Assembly: GCA_026985075.1 (NCBI GenBank)
Contig: JALSQX010000052.1
Coordinates: forward strand, 10,979-74,978
DNA from: Blastocatellia bacterium
GTDB lineage: Bacteria > Acidobacteriota > Blastocatellia > HR10 > J050
DNA length: 64,000 nucleotides
Direction: 5' to 3'
Shown here: one piece after another, positions 18,801 through 27,076 of the stretch
Layout: each line of letters begins with the position of its first letter
Position numbering within the stretch: the first letter of the stretch is position 1
The notes under the pieces: model-generated
The model's input: the letters and a program-made list of their open reading frames with translations, nothing else
What the model was told of the DNA's origin: nothing
Databases searched by the model: none
Made by a program: the position numbers and the translations under genes

Positions 18801-19932
18801 ACCGCCCTTGTGGGCCGTGACGCTCCCGGGTCAAATCGTTTTCGAAGTACGCTTGAAAAATCCCCTCGATCGAACTCTCGATGTGAAACTACGGCCTGAG
18901 GGAAAGGCGCTATGGTTTGAGCTGGATAGAGAGCACCTTGAACTCGCTCCCGGTCAGGAGACGAGCGTCTCGCTCACTGTCTGGCCGCGCCCCCACCCCG
19001 GTGCCTCCCGGACAGCAACCGGTCTCTATCCGTTCATCCTTCGCATGGAGACGCCGTATGAGACTGTCGAGCTTCCCGTCCATCTTGTCGGCATCCGTCG
19101 GGGCGAGGCGCTCGTCTACAGGTTCGATTTCGATCGTGATGGATTCGCTGATGTGGCGCTGGAGAACGAGCATCTGCGCGCCATCGTCATGCCCGGAGCG
19201 GGCGGGCGCGCGTTCGCGCTGATCGATAAGGCTACTGGCCGCAATGCCCTGAATACGGTCGGGGGACTCCGCGATGCATTCTCCAAACATCGGCACGATT
19301 ACACCTGGAAAGGTCGCGATCTGCGCCGCCCACCGTGGCGCTGGTCGGAGGTGGTGTTGCATAATCGCCCGGCGACGGTGACGGTTCTCCGCGATTCTGG
19401 CTCCGAAGTGGAGGTCGAACTCAGCTATCAGGCGGACGATGTGTTCCCCGCCGGGGCGACGATTCACAAGAAGATCCGCCTCGCCGCCAGAAGTCATACG
19501 TTGGACGTGGAGTATGAAATCCTTCCCCATGGAGGCGATCCTGAGCAGCATTTTCGCGCCGGTCTGTCCACGTCCATTGCCGGCCGACTCCGCCCGGCGG
19601 CCGAATTCCTACTCCCTGGACGCGAGGGGTCAGCGAGTCGCCCCTTCGAATCTGGAACGAGATGGACGCTGAGACCGAGCGAATTGAACGCCAACTGGCT
19701 GGCCGTCTCTGACCCGGATTCGGGCGATCTGTTGGGTCTGTTCTGGCAAGGCATCGATGGCATCGAAGTAAAAGCGCAGCGATTCTCGACGCTCATCGAG
19801 TTCATCTCACCGTCGCTCGATCACGCGCGTCCTTATCGCTTCCGGATCGGATACTGTTTTACTCATAAGGGAATCCACGAATTACAAGACCATTATCATC
19901 ACTTCATCCAGCTCCAGCAACAAGGAGGATGA
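15898..19932 (+). CDS. Large secreted multidomain glycoside hydrolase, GH35-like N-terminal catalytic domain
   Basis: Start ATG 15898 (GGAGGA 9 nt upstream) gives a signal peptide. GH35 hallmark RPGPYIFNEWRNGGYPDWL. Putative nucleophile region WMIEFNT. Ig-like middle repeats. C-terminal ENEHLRAIVMPGAGGRAFALID resembles a mutarotase-like domain. Confidence 0.75.
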   Translation: MVNRNVGTYGYIAGMLILLLSTVRATRPSAVQSSRTGPVIVNGYPEYHVNGSPFFPYIAAFFYHRLPADLWEPAMLKLKEIGFNTLDLYIIWNWHQPTEDTLDLDGHSNPRRNLKRLLTVADALGLKVILRPGPYIFNEWRNGGYPDWLMRKPGYHISPSAIIEGWFPTPSSIQYFNSESAARLWLENETHWTYTAKWFAEVWKIAGPFSASRGGPILAVQIDDDLAIGYYNYNGPTFWRYIHQYQRLLARAGVDVPLFINAAFMRDTASANNPPEGDPLWIIGQWYLRTGTSHLREGDGAGLQFAVEALKTQPLFPPWMIEFNTNQYAGPRDTHAAIIAPPRDLLLAARVLYQNGLRGMTIYPAQDTLYPAGWEFPPANYHYTWESALDIALNERSNRLWALKRDGALIAGMGSLLAGTHEQADVGLVYTLTAYPQEDLRREEMAVFARRLITLQQLAYHARVATQYIDLAHEPAEHLSRYRLIFLPIAPFRKAASHDPGEPLDMDEEAQHKLIDYVRSGGTLVVLPDLPKGRALDVLFPLSPLGSSSAGRGVADVTLSSGWRVPAIGARLRFHSQRMEGVRPIAFEADGKAIAGYEHRLGEGKVIVLGFDFFSWVPHAPVPTLGRWLPSAELNREERRQALRVLDWLLEEAGIRRNAVSLMRSSDPLDVYLYTTLLVSNEANQRYGFLAVTNWRDAGRRADVRIIDPRTREPLVLPNVYVPGRDALLLPVRVPLNRLVKRNSLRGSFADDEELVYATAEVTSARFANRILTLDLYAPGPAEIVLRMDDPPLGNVESEGEILLTTYDRSTRLTRIEVPAGRAPDHRRRVRVPFPFQPALSVKTRQAVLPGDPLRVQVGVINPWERPIRGRLLLETPESWPGVPAREIIIPGRTPLPGMRPSRRSFEFQAPVPPHAVLGSEWEVRACLDGEATWCSEPFRVRVVESIRWRLEPRADFPLRDDVRLPTQPPLWAVTLPGQIVFEVRLKNPLDRTLDVKLRPEGKALWFELDREHLELAPGQETSVSLTVWPRPHPGASRTATGLYPFILRMETPYETVELPVHLVGIRRGEALVYRFDFDRDGFADVALENEHLRAIVMPGAGGRAFALIDKATGRNALNTVGGLRDAFSKHRHDYTWKGRDLRRPPWRWSEVVLHNRPATVTVLRDSGSEVEVELSYQADDVFPAGATIHKKIRLAARSHTLDVEYEILPHGGDPEQHFRAGLSTSIAGRLRPAAEFLLPGREGSASRPFESGTRWTLRPSELNANWLAVSDPDSGDLLGLFWQGIDGIEVKAQRFSTLIEFISPSLDHARPYRFRIGYCFTHKGIHELQDHYHHFIQLQQQGG

Positions 19933-19937
19933 TAACC

Positions 19938-20897
19938 ATGCCACGAACATCAGGTGAGCGCGGCGTCGCGGTCTCCCTCATCCTCGCTCGGCTGCTTTTG
20001 ATCGCCATCATCATCGTGCCCTCATTGCCGACCGCTCGGTCACTGAAGGTGTACATCTCGGTGGACATGGAAGGCATCAGTGGCACCACGAGCGAGGCCG
20101 ACGTGGGAGTTGAACCTGATCCCGACTACGACCTGTTTCGACGTATCATGACCGATGAGGTCAATGCCGTGATTGAGGGTGCACTGAAAGCTGGGGCGAC
20201 GGACATCGTCGTCGAGGAGCACCACGGTGCCCGCGGGTTTCGCAATATCCTCCTCGATCGGCTCCGCCCCGAAGCTCGCTTAATTCGAGGTTGGCCACGC
20301 CCGCGCGGTGGTGTGACGGGGTTGGATTCCCGTTTCGCCGCCGCCATGTTCATTGGCTACCACGCTCGCGAGGGGACACCCCGGGCAGTCCTCTCCCATA
20401 CCTTCCTAGCCGGCGAGGTGGCCGATGTTCGCATCAATGGTCGGAGCGTCGGCGAAGGCGAATTCAATGCCATCGTGGCCGGCGCTTGGGGCGTCCCGGT
20501 CGTCCTGGTCTCTGGAGATGATGTGGTCGTCGAACAGATGCGGGCATTTCTCGGCGATGTCGAGGGCGTCGTCGTGAAACGAGCGCTGAGCCGGACGGCG
20601 GCCGTCATCATTCCTCCGGAGGTCACCATAGCTCGCCTCAGAGCAGCGGCCGAACGTGCCCTGCATCGCCTTCGTGCGTTCACCCCGGTGCGCATGAAGA
20701 CGCCTTACCGAGTGGAGTTCGCCTTCAAGCCCAAGGCGGATGAACGCATCGCGCAGATCGTTCGAAAGCATCCGGAGATCTCTCAACCCGCTCCGCGCAC
20801 ATTGGCGCGGACGTGCCAGAACGTCAATGAGCTCATCGACTTCTACATGACGGCACTGGGCATCGGACTGGAATCGCCACCAGTGTTGAAGCGCTAA
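19938..20897 (+). CDS. M55-family D-aminopeptidase (DppA-like) with N-terminal hydrophobic segment
   Basis: LKVYISVDMEGISGTT is the M55 signature N-terminus. ATG 19938 follows GGAGG by 9 nt. Preceded by the hydrophobic stretch VAVSLILARLLLIAIIIVPSL. Confidence 0.75.
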   Translation: MPRTSGERGVAVSLILARLLLIAIIIVPSLPTARSLKVYISVDMEGISGTTSEADVGVEPDPDYDLFRRIMTDEVNAVIEGALKAGATDIVVEEHHGARGFRNILLDRLRPEARLIRGWPRPRGGVTGLDSRFAAAMFIGYHAREGTPRAVLSHTFLAGEVADVRINGRSVGEGEFNAIVAGAWGVPVVLVSGDDVVVEQMRAFLGDVEGVVVKRALSRTAAVIIPPEVTIARLRAAAERALHRLRAFTPVRMKTPYRVEFAFKPKADERIAQIVRKHPEISQPAPRTLARTCQNVNELIDFYMTALGIGLESPPVLKR

Positions 20898-20907
20898 TCA
20901 CCGCCTC

Positions 20908-22164
20908 ATGGAGGGACTGATGTTCGACCTGGAAACGTATGTTCGACGACTGCCTCACATTGATGTGAGCCGGCGCGTTCCTCAAAGCGAATACCAGACG
21001 CGCATCCGTCGGGTGCGCCAAGCTCTGCGACGACGAGGACTCGACGCTGGCTTCGCTTATGGCAATGAATGGCGCCCCGGCGATACGGGGTGGCTCACCG
21101 GCTATGATCCCCATATCGAGAGCACGGCATGTATTGTCGGTCCCGAAAAGGTATTCGTCCTGGGCGGACCCGAAGGAATGTACTTCGCCCTAGAAACCAT
21201 GCAGGTCGGAGAATACCGAAACGTGGACGAGTTCAAAATCCCCGACGAGGATTATCCGGGGATCGTGTTTCATCGCCTCGATGACCTGTTCCAGGAGGCC
21301 TGCGGGCGGCGTCCGCGAACTATCGGCCTGCTGACGCTTAAGGCGAACATGCCACAAAACATGATCGAGCTCATCCAGAAGGCGACGCGAGCCCAACTCA
21401 TCGATGCCAGCGATCTGCTTCTGAAGATGCGCTACTTCAAGAGCCCGACCGAACTGGAGATGATACGCACCGCCGCCACCATCACCAGTTGGGCGATGGA
21501 TGTCATGCTCAAAGTCATCCGCCCAGGCATGCGCGAGCTGGAAGTGGCCGCTCATGCCGACTTCGTGATGAAATGGCTGGGCGCCGATCGTCTGGGCGTC
21601 TGCACGCAGGTTCAATCGGGCCCGCGAGCCGTGACGTTGATCGGTCGCGCGACCAATCGCGTGATCCGGGAGGGCGAGTTGGTCGGGCTGGGCGTCAGCG
21701 CGCGCTATGATGGACTGGCTGCCTGTGTGCGACGAACGGTCGTCGCCGGCGGGAAACCCAATAAACATCAACGCCGGTTGATCGAAGAGGCCACGCGGGC
21801 CTTCGAGCTCTCAGCGAAGAAATTCCGATATGGAGCGCCCGCCCGTGCGGTCGATCTCACCGCGCGACGCTACTTGCGCCAATTTGGCGTGGAAATGTTT
21901 TACAGCGAAGTCCACAACGTCGGTTGGACGGAGTGCCAGGAAGGATATGGTGCGGCCACTCAGCACTCTCGCTATCGTTTTCCCAAAGGGATTGCCGCAC
22001 AACTCGATGTGGGCATCTACGGCGTCGATGCTTTCAGTCTGCCCGCCTCTCAAGTGGGCTTCACCGTGGAAGATCCGTTCATCATTGATCACAATGGGAA
22101 GACGCACCGACTGACGTGGATTCCCACGCGAGCCTATAAGCTGGTGCCGGTGACTTCAGCATAA
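20908..22164 (+). CDS. M24-family metallopeptidase (Xaa-Pro peptidase / creatinase-like)
   Basis: 418-aa ORF. Creatinase-like N-domain plus a pita-bread C-domain pattern (ELEMIRTAATIT..., HADFVM, GELVGLGVSARYDG). The start is uncertain by a few codons. Confidence 0.7.
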   Translation: MEGLMFDLETYVRRLPHIDVSRRVPQSEYQTRIRRVRQALRRRGLDAGFAYGNEWRPGDTGWLTGYDPHIESTACIVGPEKVFVLGGPEGMYFALETMQVGEYRNVDEFKIPDEDYPGIVFHRLDDLFQEACGRRPRTIGLLTLKANMPQNMIELIQKATRAQLIDASDLLLKMRYFKSPTELEMIRTAATITSWAMDVMLKVIRPGMRELEVAAHADFVMKWLGADRLGVCTQVQSGPRAVTLIGRATNRVIREGELVGLGVSARYDGLAACVRRTVVAGGKPNKHQRRLIEEATRAFELSAKKFRYGAPARAVDLTARRYLRQFGVEMFYSEVHNVGWTECQEGYGAATQHSRYRFPKGIAAQLDVGIYGVDAFSLPASQVGFTVEDPFIIDHNGKTHRLTWIPTRAYKLVPVTSA

Positions 22165-22203
22165 TGCCGCCGGGCGTGCCCTTTACGCATGAGGAGGAAG
22201 TCG

Positions 22204-23235
22204 ATGATGAGAGCCATTGTGTACACATCACCGGAGCAGTTCACCGTTCAGGATGTTCCCATTCCCTCAATCGGTCCCCGACAGATACTCGTGCGGGTCA
22301 GGCGTTGCGGCATTTGCAAAACGGATCTGCACATCCATCACGGGCGATTCATCTCCCGATTTCCACTCACGCCGGGACACGAGTTCTGTGGGGATATCGT
22401 CGACGTGGGCGCTGAGGTGACCGAGTGGAAGATCGGAGATCGCGTCACCTGCGACAATACCATTCTCTGTGGATACTGCTCCTATTGCCGTCGCAATCAA
22501 CCGCTCTATTGCCAGAACTTCTACTCGCTGGGCTGTACAGGGCCGGGTGGACTGGCCGAGTATGTGGTAGTCAATGCTGACAAAGCGTTTCCATTGGCCG
22601 ATCATGTCAGCTACGATCAGGCTGCGTTCACGGAACCCCTGGCCTGTATCGTTCATGGGATCGATCGTCTCAATCCCCGATGTGGAGACAAAGTGCTCAT
22701 CTTCGGTGCCGGCCCGGCGGGCAATCTACTGGCGCAGATTCTGAAACATTGCGGCGCCGCCTCCGTCGTGGTGGTGGCGTCCACTCGGTGGAAGCTCAAC
22801 CTTCTCAACCGACTGGGCATCGAGGACACCGTCCTCATGGATCGGGACGATTATGCGCGTCACACAAGTGTTGTCCGACAGATGGCGCCCGAGGGCTATG
22901 ACATCGTCATTGACGCCACCGGGCACGCCCCGTTGATCGAGCATGCTCTCCAATTCACCAAGATGGGCTCCAAAGTTCTCATCTATGGCGTGTGCAACGA
23001 AGAGGACACCATCGCGGTCAACCCGTATGGGATCTTCCGCAACGAGATCACTCTGTTCGGCAGTTTCGCTCAGACTCACTGTTTCGACCGCGCGCTCTCC
23101 TATATTGAAGGGGGCCTCGTCCGCGTCGACCCACTGATCACGCACCGTCTGAGCCTGGAAGAGTACGGGCAGGCGATCAAGCTGCTCGCCGAAGGGAGGC
23201 AGAACCTGAAGATCATGATTCACCCGACTGATTGA
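22204..23235 (+). CDS. Zinc-dependent alcohol / polyol dehydrogenase (MDR family)
   Basis: MRAIVY..., CGICKTDLHIHHG, GHEFCG, structural-zinc Cys cluster CGYCSYCRRNQPLYC, GAGPAG Rossmann motif. Confidence 0.85.
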   Translation: MMRAIVYTSPEQFTVQDVPIPSIGPRQILVRVRRCGICKTDLHIHHGRFISRFPLTPGHEFCGDIVDVGAEVTEWKIGDRVTCDNTILCGYCSYCRRNQPLYCQNFYSLGCTGPGGLAEYVVVNADKAFPLADHVSYDQAAFTEPLACIVHGIDRLNPRCGDKVLIFGAGPAGNLLAQILKHCGAASVVVVASTRWKLNLLNRLGIEDTVLMDRDDYARHTSVVRQMAPEGYDIVIDATGHAPLIEHALQFTKMGSKVLIYGVCNEEDTIAVNPYGIFRNEITLFGSFAQTHCFDRALSYIEGGLVRVDPLITHRLSLEEYGQAIKLLAEGRQNLKIMIHPTD

Positions 23236-23245
23236 GGAGGGAGAT

Positions 23246-24280
23246 ATGCTTCGAGCCATCATGACGCAGCCAGGAGAGATTCGATTTGAGAACGTGCCGG
23301 TGCCATCCATCGGCGAGCGAGATGTCCTGGTGCGCATCCGCCGCATTGGCATCTGTGGATCAGACATTCACGTCTATTATGGGGCGCACCCCTATACAAC
23401 CTATCCGGTGATTCAAGGTCATGAATTCTCCGGCGAGGTGGTGAAAACCGGAGAGGGGGTGACGTCCGTGCAGGTTGGTGATCTGGTCACGGCTCCCCCT
23501 CAACTCGTCTGCGGCGCCTGTTTTCACTGCCGACAAGGTCAATATCATATCTGCGAGAATCTGAAAGTGATGGGGTTTCAGGCTCCGGGCGTAGCGCAGG
23601 AATTCGTCGTCTTTCCGGAATCGGCGTTGCTGAAACTCCCCCATGGATTCACTCCAGAATTGGGTGCGCTCGTCGAACCGGCGGCGGTGGCCGTCCACGC
23701 TCTCCGACGAGCAGCCCTTTCGCCAGGAATGCACATCCTTGTACTGGGGGCCGGTCCTATTGGGAACCTCGTGGCGCAAGTGGCGCGGTGGCGCGGCGCG
23801 GCTGGCGTGATCATCACCGACATCAATGACCATCGCTTGGAGATTGCTCGCGCCTGTGGGATCGAACATACGATCAATGTTCGTCGCGAACCTCTGGAAG
23901 ATGACATCGAGCGAATCTTCGGTCCTCAACGGGCTGATTTGATCATAGAGTGCGTGGGGTCGGAAGAGACGACCAACCAGGCCATCCGCTGTGCGCGGAA
24001 AGGGAGCACGATCGTCATCGTGGGCGTCTATGGCGAGATCCCCAAGGTTGATCTCGGATTGGTGCAGGACCATGAATTGCACCTGGTGGGGAGCCTGATG
24101 TACCAACGTCAGGACTACGCGGAGGCCATCGGCGGTCTGGCCAGCGGAGCCATCAGGTCTGCTCCGCTGGTGAGCTGTTCTTTTCCCTTCCGTCAATTCC
24201 CCGATGCCTACCGGTTCATCGAAGCAAATCGGGCGCAGGTCATGAAAGTCATGATCGACCTCGATCGCATCGACAGGTGA
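23246..24280 (+). CDS. Zinc-dependent alcohol / polyol dehydrogenase (MDR family), paralog
   Basis: GICGSDIHVYYG, GHEFSGEVV, CGACFHCRQGQYHIC, GAGPIGN. GGAGGGAG SD. Confidence 0.85.
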   Translation: MLRAIMTQPGEIRFENVPVPSIGERDVLVRIRRIGICGSDIHVYYGAHPYTTYPVIQGHEFSGEVVKTGEGVTSVQVGDLVTAPPQLVCGACFHCRQGQYHICENLKVMGFQAPGVAQEFVVFPESALLKLPHGFTPELGALVEPAAVAVHALRRAALSPGMHILVLGAGPIGNLVAQVARWRGAAGVIITDINDHRLEIARACGIEHTINVRREPLEDDIERIFGPQRADLIIECVGSEETTNQAIRCARKGSTIVIVGVYGEIPKVDLGLVQDHELHLVGSLMYQRQDYAEAIGGLASGAIRSAPLVSCSFPFRQFPDAYRFIEANRAQVMKVMIDLDRIDR

Positions 24281-24739
24281 TGGACCGAACCGGTGAATAT
24301 AGTTCCCGATCAACACAATCCATTTATTGATCTCTGCATCGTCAAGTGAACGAATGAGCGATCGCGCTGCTCGATGAGTGGGAGGATGGGAGCCTACCGA
24401 GAGACTCCCACACGGGTGACTCACGTCTGGCGTCGGCCTCAGTGGGTGTTCTCAGTCCAGGCTGGGATGGGCTTTCGCTCGACAAAGCTCAATAACAGCG
24501 TTGCTCATTGATCCTCACGCTCTCGGCTGGAGCGGCGGGGCACGATGGGAACTTTCGAGCGAGCCCTCGCCGGAGCGTCCCACCGCATCGGTTGTCAGAT
24601 CTCTGAACCTCCGGCATTCTGGCTGTGGATTCATGTCGGCGCCGCTCCGGTCTCGGTGAGATCATCCCTATTCCCCCTCCAGCAGGTCGAACCGGTTCTC
24701 TCTCACACGCTCCATCATCGCGTATAAGGAGAACACACC

Positions 24740-25675
24740 ATGATCGGCGATGGCTCAGGTCGGCCATCATCCCGTCGCTGTAAACCCATAGTGGGAGCGC
24801 TACTCATCATCGGTCTCTCATTCTCGCTGTCCGCTCAGGAGAGAGTGAGATCGATTTTTGAGGCCCTGGCTCAGTCCAAGACCGTCATGTACATTGGCGC
24901 TCACCCCGATGATGAAAACTCGATTGCTGCATTTCTGGCGCGCAGTGTTGGAGCGGGGAAGAAAACCTACATAGTGTGTTTCACCCGTGGCGAGAATGAA
25001 CCGATGGACGTGGGCGTTCCGAAAGGTCGCCCCATGGCCGAAGCTCGCATGCGATGGCTGCGCGATGCAGCCGCCATCCTTGGAGCAGAACCAATTCAAC
25101 TCCCTTACACCGATGGCCCCTCTTCGGTTGAAGAACTGGAGCGAGGCGTGATCCGTTACTGGAGACGCACGACCTCACTCCGGGAGGTCATCGCCCATTG
25201 GCGCACTGCGGACCGCGATCCCTATGAGGACATGATTCGGCTCATTCGCGAGAAAAAGCCCGATCTCCTCCTCACCTGGGAGAAGACGCGAGGCTGGACC
25301 GGAAACGCCGAACACCGGACCGTCGGGTGGTTGGCCGAAAGGGCCTTCCTGGAAGCTGCCAATCCCGATGTTTTCCCCCATCACCTTCGCAAAGGATTGT
25401 CGCCATGGCAGCCCAGGTGGCTCTACTGGGTGCTGCGGGGCGATGAGGATGTCTCGGGCCATCCAATCGAGGTGATCGGCTGTGAGGCGCCCGGTCCCGG
25501 TGGGCGAACCGCCTGCGAGGTGAAGGCGGCGGTGCTCGTCTCGTATCGCCGTCACACTCTGCGAACGGCTACGCCCGAGGAACTCGTCGAGATGGAGCGA
25601 CAAGCCGTCACATGGGTTCGGGCTCACCCTGAGCATGTGCAGCTGGCGCTGGAACACCCGGCGCACCGAGAATAG
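24740..25675 (+). CDS. PIG-L / LmbE-family de-N-acetylase, secreted
   Basis: 311-aa ORF with AAGGAG SD. Signal peptide IVGALLIIGLSFSLSAQ. Catalytic motif YIGAHPDDENS. Confidence 0.8.
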   Translation: MIGDGSGRPSSRRCKPIVGALLIIGLSFSLSAQERVRSIFEALAQSKTVMYIGAHPDDENSIAAFLARSVGAGKKTYIVCFTRGENEPMDVGVPKGRPMAEARMRWLRDAAAILGAEPIQLPYTDGPSSVEELERGVIRYWRRTTSLREVIAHWRTADRDPYEDMIRLIREKKPDLLLTWEKTRGWTGNAEHRTVGWLAERAFLEAANPDVFPHHLRKGLSPWQPRWLYWVLRGDEDVSGHPIEVIGCEAPGPGGRTACEVKAAVLVSYRRHTLRTATPEELVEMERQAVTWVRAHPEHVQLALEHPAHRE

Positions 25676-25687
25676 AGGGCACATCCA

Positions 25688-27076
25688 GTGGCACAGAACT
25701 CCAGACCGCACTTGACGCGTGGCTTCGGCCTGCTTCAGGCCACGGCTTTGAATATGTCAAACGTCGTCGGCGTGGGACCGTTCATCACCATTCCGCTGAT
25801 GATGGCCACGATGGGAGGGCCACAGGCCATGCTGGGATGGATCCTGGGCGCGCTGCTCGCCATCTGCGATGGACAGGTCTGGAGCGAATTGGGAGCGGCC
25901 TGGCCCGGCTCGGGCGGCAGCTATCGATATCTGCGCGAAGCCTATGGACCAGCACGATGGGGGCGATTGATGGCCTTTCTCTTCATCTGGCAATTCGTGT
26001 TGAGCGGCCCCATGGAAATCGCCTCGGGCATGATTGGTTTCTCCCACTATGCCACCTATCTCTGGCCCGGAATGACACCGCTCACCCGAAAGCTCATCGC
26101 CGCCAGCGTAGGCGCGGTGGCCCTGCTGCTACTTTATCGGCGAATCACCTTCCTGGGCAAAGTCACCGTCACGTTGTGGGTGGGGACGGTGTTGACGATG
26201 GCCACGATTTTGATCGTGGGCCTTCCTCACTTCGATTGGCAGAGGGCCTTCGCCTTTCCGCCCGGAGCATTCACTTTTTCGCACGGATTCCTCCTCGGCC
26301 TGGGGAATGCCATGCTCATCGCCATGTATGATTACCTCGGTTACTACGATGTCTGTTACATCGGCGATGAAGTCCGCGAACCGGCGCGCGTCATCCCCCG
26401 CTCCATTCTCTATTGCATCATCGCCTGTGCCCTCGGCTACTTCGCCATCAACCTGACGCTCATCGGCGTCGTGCCCTGGCAAGAAACCGTGCACTCGGAG
26501 TTCATCGTCTCGGACTTCATAGAGCGACTCCATGGACGCCTGCCAGCCATGGCGGTGACGTTGATGATTCTCTGGACGGCATTTGGATCGGTATTCGCGC
26601 TCATGCTCGGTTATTCGCGCATTCCTTATGCGGCCGCTCTGGACGGGTATTTCTTTCGTCCGTTTGCGCGTGTCCATCCGACGAAGAACATCCCTCACGT
26701 CAGCCTGATCGTAGTGGGAGTGGTAACCATCAGCGCAGCCTTCTTTCGGCTGGAGCAGGTCATCAGCGCATTGATTACCACGCGGCTGCTCGTGCAGTTC
26801 ATCGCTCAGATCTTCGCCGTGCCCTTGCTCCGCCGCCGGTTGCCCGAAACGGCGCGGCCTTATAAGATGTGGCTCTATCCTTTACCGGCCGTCATCGCGT
26901 TTTTCGGATGGACGTTCGTCTTTTTGACATCGGGCTGGCGCTATATTGCGCTGGGGTTGCTGACGTTGGGGATTGGCCTGAGCGTCTTCCTCCTGCGCGC
27001 GCGATTGACGCGCACTTGGCCATTCGCTCGACCGGCGACAGAAGTCGAACTGACATCCAAAGCTGAGGAGGTCTGA
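25688..27076 (+). CDS. APC-superfamily amino acid / polyamine-type permease
   Basis: 462-aa polytopic ORF (GTG start). N-terminal LLQATALNMSNVVGVGPFITIP is typical of the APC family. Confidence 0.75.
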   Translation: MAQNSRPHLTRGFGLLQATALNMSNVVGVGPFITIPLMMATMGGPQAMLGWILGALLAICDGQVWSELGAAWPGSGGSYRYLREAYGPARWGRLMAFLFIWQFVLSGPMEIASGMIGFSHYATYLWPGMTPLTRKLIAASVGAVALLLLYRRITFLGKVTVTLWVGTVLTMATILIVGLPHFDWQRAFAFPPGAFTFSHGFLLGLGNAMLIAMYDYLGYYDVCYIGDEVREPARVIPRSILYCIIACALGYFAINLTLIGVVPWQETVHSEFIVSDFIERLHGRLPAMAVTLMILWTAFGSVFALMLGYSRIPYAAALDGYFFRPFARVHPTKNIPHVSLIVVGVVTISAAFFRLEQVISALITTRLLVQFIAQIFAVPLLRRRLPETARPYKMWLYPLPAVIAFFGWTFVFLTSGWRYIALGLLTLGIGLSVFLLRARLTRTWPFARPATEVELTSKAEEV

